From positions 20,315 to 75,372 of the forward strand of contig NW_014040496.1 in assembly GCF_001186125.1 (NCBI RefSeq): a stretch of 55,058 nucleotides of DNA. The letters run 5' to 3'. The translations under genes were made by a program, and so were the position numbers. Shown here piece by piece: positions 47,791-55,058 of the stretch (position 1 is its first letter; each line of letters opens with the position of its first letter). Below the pieces are notes generated by a model. That model was not told where the DNA came from and ran no database searches. It saw only the letters and a list, made by a program, of their open reading frames with translations. The stretch comes from Sphaeroforma arctica JP610. Its lineage: Eukaryota.

Positions 47791-48972
47791 TTATCGGACA
47801 CCATTGCAATTTATTATTGTCATAACCGCCTATGTTTAATTCAAAAGGCTGTTATTTTAAAAGGCTGTTTAATATAGGTGGCCATTTTATTATACACAAA
47901 AGGTACACAATTGAGTTGAAAGGTTGAGTCTTTATAGTTAGTAGATGGCCATCGAATCTTCGTGGTTGATAGGACAATCGAGTCTTTATTGATGATATCC
48001 TGCACTTTCCTTCGGCCTCGCCACAACATACGTAATTTCAGAATATTTTTGGTGTCCAGACTTTGTATACGTGATCAGTTATCCCAGGAGGGGGGGGGGG
48101 GGTTATTGGGAAGTTGTAGATTACTTCGGAGATGAGAAGTTCCTTCATTCCTGTCGTTCTCAGATGAGACCATGAGTCTCGGATATCACAATTACATTGC
48201 TGCCGTTTAATCTTGCACTCTTCTCAGTGACAGGGGGTTGAATGGTAATACATTTACAGCCTAACCTGCAATACGAGACCAACACGGCAGATTTCACATA
48301 TAGCTAGACCGACGAACTTAACTAAACAAATAAACTGCAACAAGGCCGGTTCAGCGGTGAGAATAATGGTCAAGCCGTCTGAAAAAGTCTGGTGTAATTT
48401 GTTTCGGGTCATCTCCTGACGATAAATGTCGATATACAGATAAATATCGACACAGCCATAATGTCGCAGTAGTTACTATGCATGTATCTCGCCAAGGACA
48501 CCAAATATTTTCTTTCCAGGCTTTTCATGTTCTAACGAAGCGCAGCCGACACTACTGTTATTGATATATTTTTATGATATAGCATTTTCAAATGAATACA
48601 AAACCTAAATTTGTGCAACGGGCCATAAACAACAGGCAAACTAAATTCCATTGAAGTTGTTGTCGTTCAGTTGTTTTAATGCTTTGTAATGAGCATCGAT
48701 ATTTAAGTATATCCACGTGTGAGATGATTAGCTTCACCCACACCGTGTACAAGCACAATGCAACGCGGACTTTTTGAGCGCGCGAAGCACCCCAGGAGAA
48801 GAGCGTGGCAGGTGTATATGTACAGCCAAGCTACGGCCGAAGCTCACCTCGTCCTGAGTAAAAATCGCTCACAAAATACCTACTTATTGATATGATAGAG
48901 ACGCAGCGCAACATATCGTATTTTATGAGGTGTGTTTTGGTAGATGGTTGCACTCAAGTCTTAAAAAGTGAT

Positions 48973-51453
48973 TTACGCCTGTGCTTCCGAGTCTACCGCA
49001 GGACTTCCTGAGGGGGTACTCGATGGGAAATCCGAGTTGTCGTTGTTTTTCATCAATGACTTCTTGAAGGCATTGCGAACGGAGGGGATGTTACCAATGG
49101 CATAGTACAGTGAAGCGAAGAAAGAAATCCACGTACCTGGAATTGAAGAAGAATATTAACAGAGATTAGCCACAAAAAAATTCAGTGCACTTGTAGAGAG
49201 AACGTCACTACACGTGATCTGCGACAAATAGCACAAGATCAACAAGCCAATAAATCACAGGAATAATACAGCAGGCAATGCACCTGCAAGTACAAAGCCG
49301 TACAAAGCCGACTTGGTAATACTATAGACATGATCTGAATGAAACGGAATCCAGCATATATTATTTATATATACAAATGGAAAGATACATATATACATAA
49401 CACGAGTACACAATGTACCTGCAAGTACCGAGCCGACTTGGCTCCATACATGATCTGAAAGAGAAGAATACAGCAAGGGAACGAGAAACTTATACAGGAC
49501 ACAATATACTTAAGAACTCAAATTACACTACACAAAGGGTCCGTGTGCGACGATAGAAAAAAGGCAACGCGGGCGAAATCATCTTCGTCAACGCAACCAT
49601 AAACAGAAGAACCGAAGTTGAAAAAAGACTGCTTTTGAAGCTCTCGTCGGCTACCACACTATTGGATCCATAAGCGAAGAATCACTGCAAACTAATTCAC
49701 ATGCCCGTCCCGCACTTTTAATTAATTCCGATATGTTGGTTCTTCCGCAACACTAGCAGGCGTACAAAATTTGATACTACGGAGAACTTGCAGCGCGCTT
49801 ATACTTGCACACCAAGAGAAGCACAACGAGGCAATCACGACCCAACGATACTTCACACAATCACAAACAGCGCAGCTGCTTGCTATGTCAACGGTCTGAA
49901 GATGCATAAATACATAGGTACATTGATACATTGCGTAAATTCGTAATACAACTTACTATAGTAACCGTTCGCGTTCAAACTGTTGACGATCCTGTTATCA
50001 GCGGTGATGTAAGAGGTGTAGAACGGTCCGTTAAAGGAAGTGTTGTAACCCGCTCCAAACGCCCACCAGATTACCAAGAAGCCGCCAATCGGCAAACTCG
50101 CTTTCTCAGCCATACCAGGGCTTGCAAAATTCAATGCGATCGCAATGAGGGCGATGAAGAAAGATACAACTCCTACGGCTACAGCCCAGGCGTTACTGTC
50201 TGAACAATCTCCGGAATCAGAGCATACTTCGGACGCCACCGCAAACTCTACAATAGAGGCCACAGCCAAAGTCCACAGAGCGATACCATAGGTATGCGAG
50301 ATATTTGCCATAGAGGCAAGTGCCAAGTATATATAATTCGCTACTGCGAAGAACGCGAGCCAAGATGAATAGTATCCATTGCCCGCCTGTTCGAAGGGGC
50401 CGCCTACACGTGTGTTAAAGCCTACACCAAACGCCCACCAGGCAACCAGGAACCCACCCAGGGGTACGGCCAATTTAGCACCATCTTCTGCCATTCTGCA
50501 GAAGACAAAATATAAAATACAGGAGGTCAGATGATAGCAAATTACAACTTCAATTCTATTATACCAGGCGAATACCTTCTCATTTCTGATTCTATTTTAA
50601 AAAACCGTAAGAGTAATTACCTGCGTCAAAAGTGTGAGTAACAGCTGATAACATCCAGAAAAATATGCTTCCAAATCAAAGTGTCCATCTACAACTATGA
50701 CATTATGCATGGTAAAATCCTTAAATACAGTCGTGTATTTAATTACCACAAAAGTAACACATACAATCAGGCAGAATATGCACTGCAATCTCAACAGATG
50801 GAAGAAGAATTTACATAAAATTAGAAAAGCCACATGAGGATCTCGATACGTTTTCCTGAGTATCACAAATACACTTGACTACGAATATCTTGCCAAATCC
50901 ATCTTCATGGCACAAGTAACTCAAAACAGTTCGATCCGACCTGGTCTACTAACTAGCGAGAACGGGAACAATCCATCGACTTTTATCAAAATGCTTATAA
51001 TCGATGAATTTTTAACCGCAAAATGCAAGCACAATTCTACCCAAATGAAAACTCGAAAACGCAGGCGAACTTATACCCATATAAGCGCCAAACTTCTCTC
51101 TTAAAAGCTTGGGCAAACGTAAAAAGCACACCAATCTAAAAAAGCCCGTGTGATAACCTTTCTGAAGCCAAACTACAGCGTGCACCACAACCACACTTAT
51201 CGACCACACAAGAGTGAAAAACAGCAACGCACAAGGGAGGAACACAATCACACACAAACGAACAAAGGAGGCGAGCATACCTCATATGTAGCCCCAAGCC
51301 TACAAGAATTACGATCGTGGAGACAACTCCGACCGCAACAGCCCATCCATAGTCGCCTGAACAGGAGTCCATTCGATTACACAGGTCAGCGGCTGTACCA
51401 AACTCAATGACCGAGGCCACGAGGCCTAAAAGCAATGCGGGAACAGCTTCCAT
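48973..51453 (-). CDS. Multi-pass membrane protein with two tandem MARVEL-like ~4-TM repeats; exons at 51453-51281, 50495-49957, 49136-48973
   Basis: Each repeat reads VASxxEFxxAxxxCxxxxxCSxxxxWAVAVGVVS...GGFLVxWWAFGxGxNT..xGPF...NGYYSxW..FF. The GT-AG junctions keep the frame. Confidence 0.8.
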
Positions 51454-53018
51454 TATATTGTGTAGAAAATAATACTCAACAGTTACAATGTATACGTTAA
51501 GTGCTCAAATATGATATTCCACTAAGGCCCAGTGGAAATTAAATACATATATTGACAACTCGCAACACTACATATTTCGATTTTTAAAATCGAGTAGCTC
51601 ACATGACCTAAATACCCCTGCGGCCTGTGGCCTGTAGGCTGTGGGGAGGGTTTTTTCTTTTGTTATGTAGCGAATTTTATTTTGTTTCGATTTCCATTTG
51701 CGTGTGTGGCTGACTGGCTGTGGCCTGTGGGCGCCGTGGCCCTTGTGTGGGCTGTGTGGCTGTAGAAAGTTTACGGAATTTCGTTTATTGCGTACATACG
51801 ATATTAAATATTTAATTCGACCTATCGCCTCTCTGCGTTTCGAATTTCGAGTTTGGGAGTCTGGGTGTCTGAGGCGTTTCAGCGTACTTTGGGACTTTGA
51901 GTTTGGGCCCTGGAGTCCTGGACTCTGGAGAGCTATGGCCCTGGAGGGGCCAGTGGCCACTGGGTAGGATATTTTTGTTTCAAATTTTACAAGTTTGATG
52001 CAATTTCTAAAAATCGTCTGACAGCCTTTTGGATACTGTGACAGGTGCATTTTTTTTGAATTGGGAATACTTCAGGACAGAAATCAATCTCCACAAAGAT
52101 AAATCAAATCATAAAGGCTAGAGTCAAAACCTAGCTGGCCCAAAACAAGAGATTTTCGAGGAAATTTGGAGCGAAACCGAAAACTTGTGCAGCCGGCATA
52201 TGACTCATTAATTTTTTTACTACACGAGTTCTCATTTGGCGCCTTTTTAACATCCAAAATCTATTGGCTGAGAATCAGTATTTTAGATTAACCGGCTCCT
52301 TTTATGGAATTTTAAATTTTTTACAGATTCTTGTTTCCGTTTTCATTTGCTACAAGGTTTTAAAAAAATAGTACGAGATTTGTATCATAGATGGACATTA
52401 GGAGTTCAGGACATGACCCATATCTATTCAAAAGTGCCCCACAGGCCACAGGCCCAGGTAACACACCCCAGTCCCCGAATCCCCACCGTGACTGGCCTCA
52501 GTGGCCCAGTAGTGTGACAGCTGTGGCCTGTCTTGTGAGACTGTGGTACTGTCAGTCGACAACGGATATAAATTCGGCTTCTTTTCAACTTCAGCAGCCT
52601 TTGAGTATACTGCCAAGTGCCAACCGTGAACTTGTTGGTCTTAAAAAAAACCAAACAAAAAAAAACAAAAAAAAACGAACCACAAGCAGTTGATAAAGCG
52701 AACCAATCATTTCTTGATAATTGAAGAATTTCACAAAATTAATGATATTTGATCACACACACAAGAGCGGTCTGAACTCTGAAGAGGTTACTCGCAAGAA
52801 AAACACGTTTCGAATGTTTTTCTACTGAGTTTACAGACAGCAGTTTACAGTTCACGGTTTATATGCGCGCCTAACGGGTCATCATAATCTTGTTCCATTC
52901 CAAGAGAGCAACAAGATGATGGATCCATATTTTAGTTTAGTCTGCCGGTCTCAAAAATTAATCCAAGAGTACGAAACTATCATCAGAATATACGTTGATA
53001 TTATCTCCACCTCGATCC

Positions 53019-54916
53019 TTAGCACCATCTTGACTGGGATTCGGAATTAATGCAATCGGCCGATTGCTCTCTTGCTGTGGTGTGTAGGGAATTTCCTGCT
53101 GACTGGTCTCGGTTATGTGTGGGTTCATCACAGCACGCGGAGTCTTCATCTATCCTATCCCGCCTCCGAACGTTCGCCGGTTCTTTATTGGCTTTAGACG
53201 AGCTAAAACTTGCAACAAATTGTGACGATTCTGCCGCAGGGTTGTCTACCGGTGAAGACCAGGTTGATCCCTTCAACATCGCCCATCGGTCGCCCACTCC
53301 CATATCCTCGACAGCTACACCGTCCGGGGTTTGACGGGGAAGTGTCCGACCATGTGGATTCGGCGATACGCTACGTTCGGATCCCGCCTCCTCTTGAGAT
53401 GCGGATAGCGTGTGCTCCTCTTTACTTGGAATGTGCGACTCGTTGTTGGTGTCTTTTGAATTGGAGCCATCCCAGCTGGTGTTGGGTCCTGTGTCGTTCG
53501 CACCATCTTTTGAATTGCTCGAGACTTGCTTTCGTTTACTTTTCTTCCCACCCAGCAAGCGTTTAAGTTTTCCTTCCTTCTTTTCCTTCTCTTTTGTGGG
53601 CGTCTGTACACCAGCGATTTCCCTTGAGCCCGGTCTCGAATTGGTATTACTTTTGTATCCTTTCTTGATCTTGTCGGGCTGTATTGTGGAAGTGGCTGTT
53701 CCCGATTGTGGTAAAGGTATGTGGTGTTGCGTATGAGCATTGTAATCGGTACCATGATGTGTACTTTCACCCTTGCCTCTTAATAATATTTGGTTCGGGC
53801 TGGGTATTGACTGATGAATCGTCGCCGCCATCATCGAATCCACCTGCGGACTGACAGCTGATTCGCTGAGCGAGTTCCCGTTTGCAATCTTCACTGTGTC
53901 ACATTCTGTTCCCTTCCCTTGGTCTGCACGCGGATAGTTTCCAGGACTTCCAGTTGAAGAACCCAGCGAGTTTTTCCGGTGTATATCCAAGCTCAATGCT
54001 GCAGTCGCAGCAGGGCTTGCAAGAAGATTGCCGGATGTAGGGTTTTCTAATCGTGTGCGGGGGCCACCTGACTGACTGACTTGAAGTGTGGATGTTTCCA
54101 CATAATCGCTAGTAATAACTGCTGACCCTTCCCCCTTGGGTTCTTCATCCCGACTTTGTGGTACATCTGAACTAGTGGTTGTGTGTTCAGTACTCCTGTT
54201 ACAGCTGGATGAGACGGAAGCGTTTTCTACTTTACGGGGGGTTGGATCATCGCCTTGAGCTATGGCATTTTTTGGCGATGTCACTTCAGACTTCGATTTG
54301 CTTATATAGTGATTATGGTCGATGTTTTTGGTATTAATATTGTCATCGACCACTGCTGTCCTATGTTGAGCATCTCGTATTTCACTGGCAGCTTTACCGT
54401 GATTTTGAAATGGTGTATGCCTAGCTGTCCCTCCTCCAGACGTGCGGAGAAATTCAGGCTCAGACATGCCGCCTCTGTGATGCGATCTCCTTTGTTTGTC
54501 TGGATAGAAGGATGTTTCGCTATCCGTCTCTTCCAACGTACTTTGCGTGTAGTATACATCCACACTCATTGATCGTATGGACCTCATGGCATCCATCCGT
54601 AGGAGATCCCCTGCGATTGAAAGCGAGTTCCGCATATCATCACACATCACACTCGTGCTTTTGCTTTCTCTTAAGCTCGCCGCTAACTTGCGTTTCTCTC
54701 GATATAGCCCAAAATGTAGCTGTTCGGGACTTCTGTGACTCTCAAAATTGTTGGGTGATCGCTCGCTAATTGTTTCGTCCGTTGTTGAATTGGTGGTGTT
54801 TGTCGCGTCGGAGTGTTCGGTGTTTTCATATCTCGGCATAGTATCGGGAGAGCGTCCACTACTATCATTCCTCCAGCCATCAGTTTTGGGACTCTCAGTC
54901 ACCCAAGGTGCTTCTC
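53019..54916 (-). CDS. Large terminal exon of an uncharacterised Ser/Thr-rich, disordered protein; the 5' part lies beyond the window
   Basis: The frame is open for ~1.9 kb. A candidate acceptor CTAATGCAG| lies at 54917, with microsatellite intron sequence upstream. There is a basic patch KEKEKKEGKLKRLLGGKKSKRK. Confidence 0.7.
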
Positions 54917-55058
54917 CTGCATTAGAGTGTTGCAAGTGGGTTGATGAATATATATATATATACATACATACATACGTACCTACATACATACATACATACA
55001 TATACAATACATACACACACACACACTCACTCACACACACACGCACAACACACACACA

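Overview
Eukaryotic, intron-rich (GT-AG) genomic DNA. The genes suggest a unicellular opisthokont or holozoan-like genome (inference only). The left half (~2.7-26.9 kb) is a cluster of decayed, nested retroelements: Copia remnants, three LINE copies, a MITE and two Ty3/Gypsy elements. Host genes are HINT, a BAR-RhoGAP, a Wee1-family kinase, a tandem MARVEL-like membrane protein and a large low-complexity last exon. The top observation is a full-length Gypsy LTR retrotransposon (16330-25506). Its pol carries a Dam-like N6-adenine DNA methyltransferase domain (IDMFA...NPPW) between RNase H and a DDE integrase. This domain is normally associated with DIRS tyrosine-recombinase elements rather than integrase-encoding LTR elements. 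All coordinates and exon structures were read by eye.
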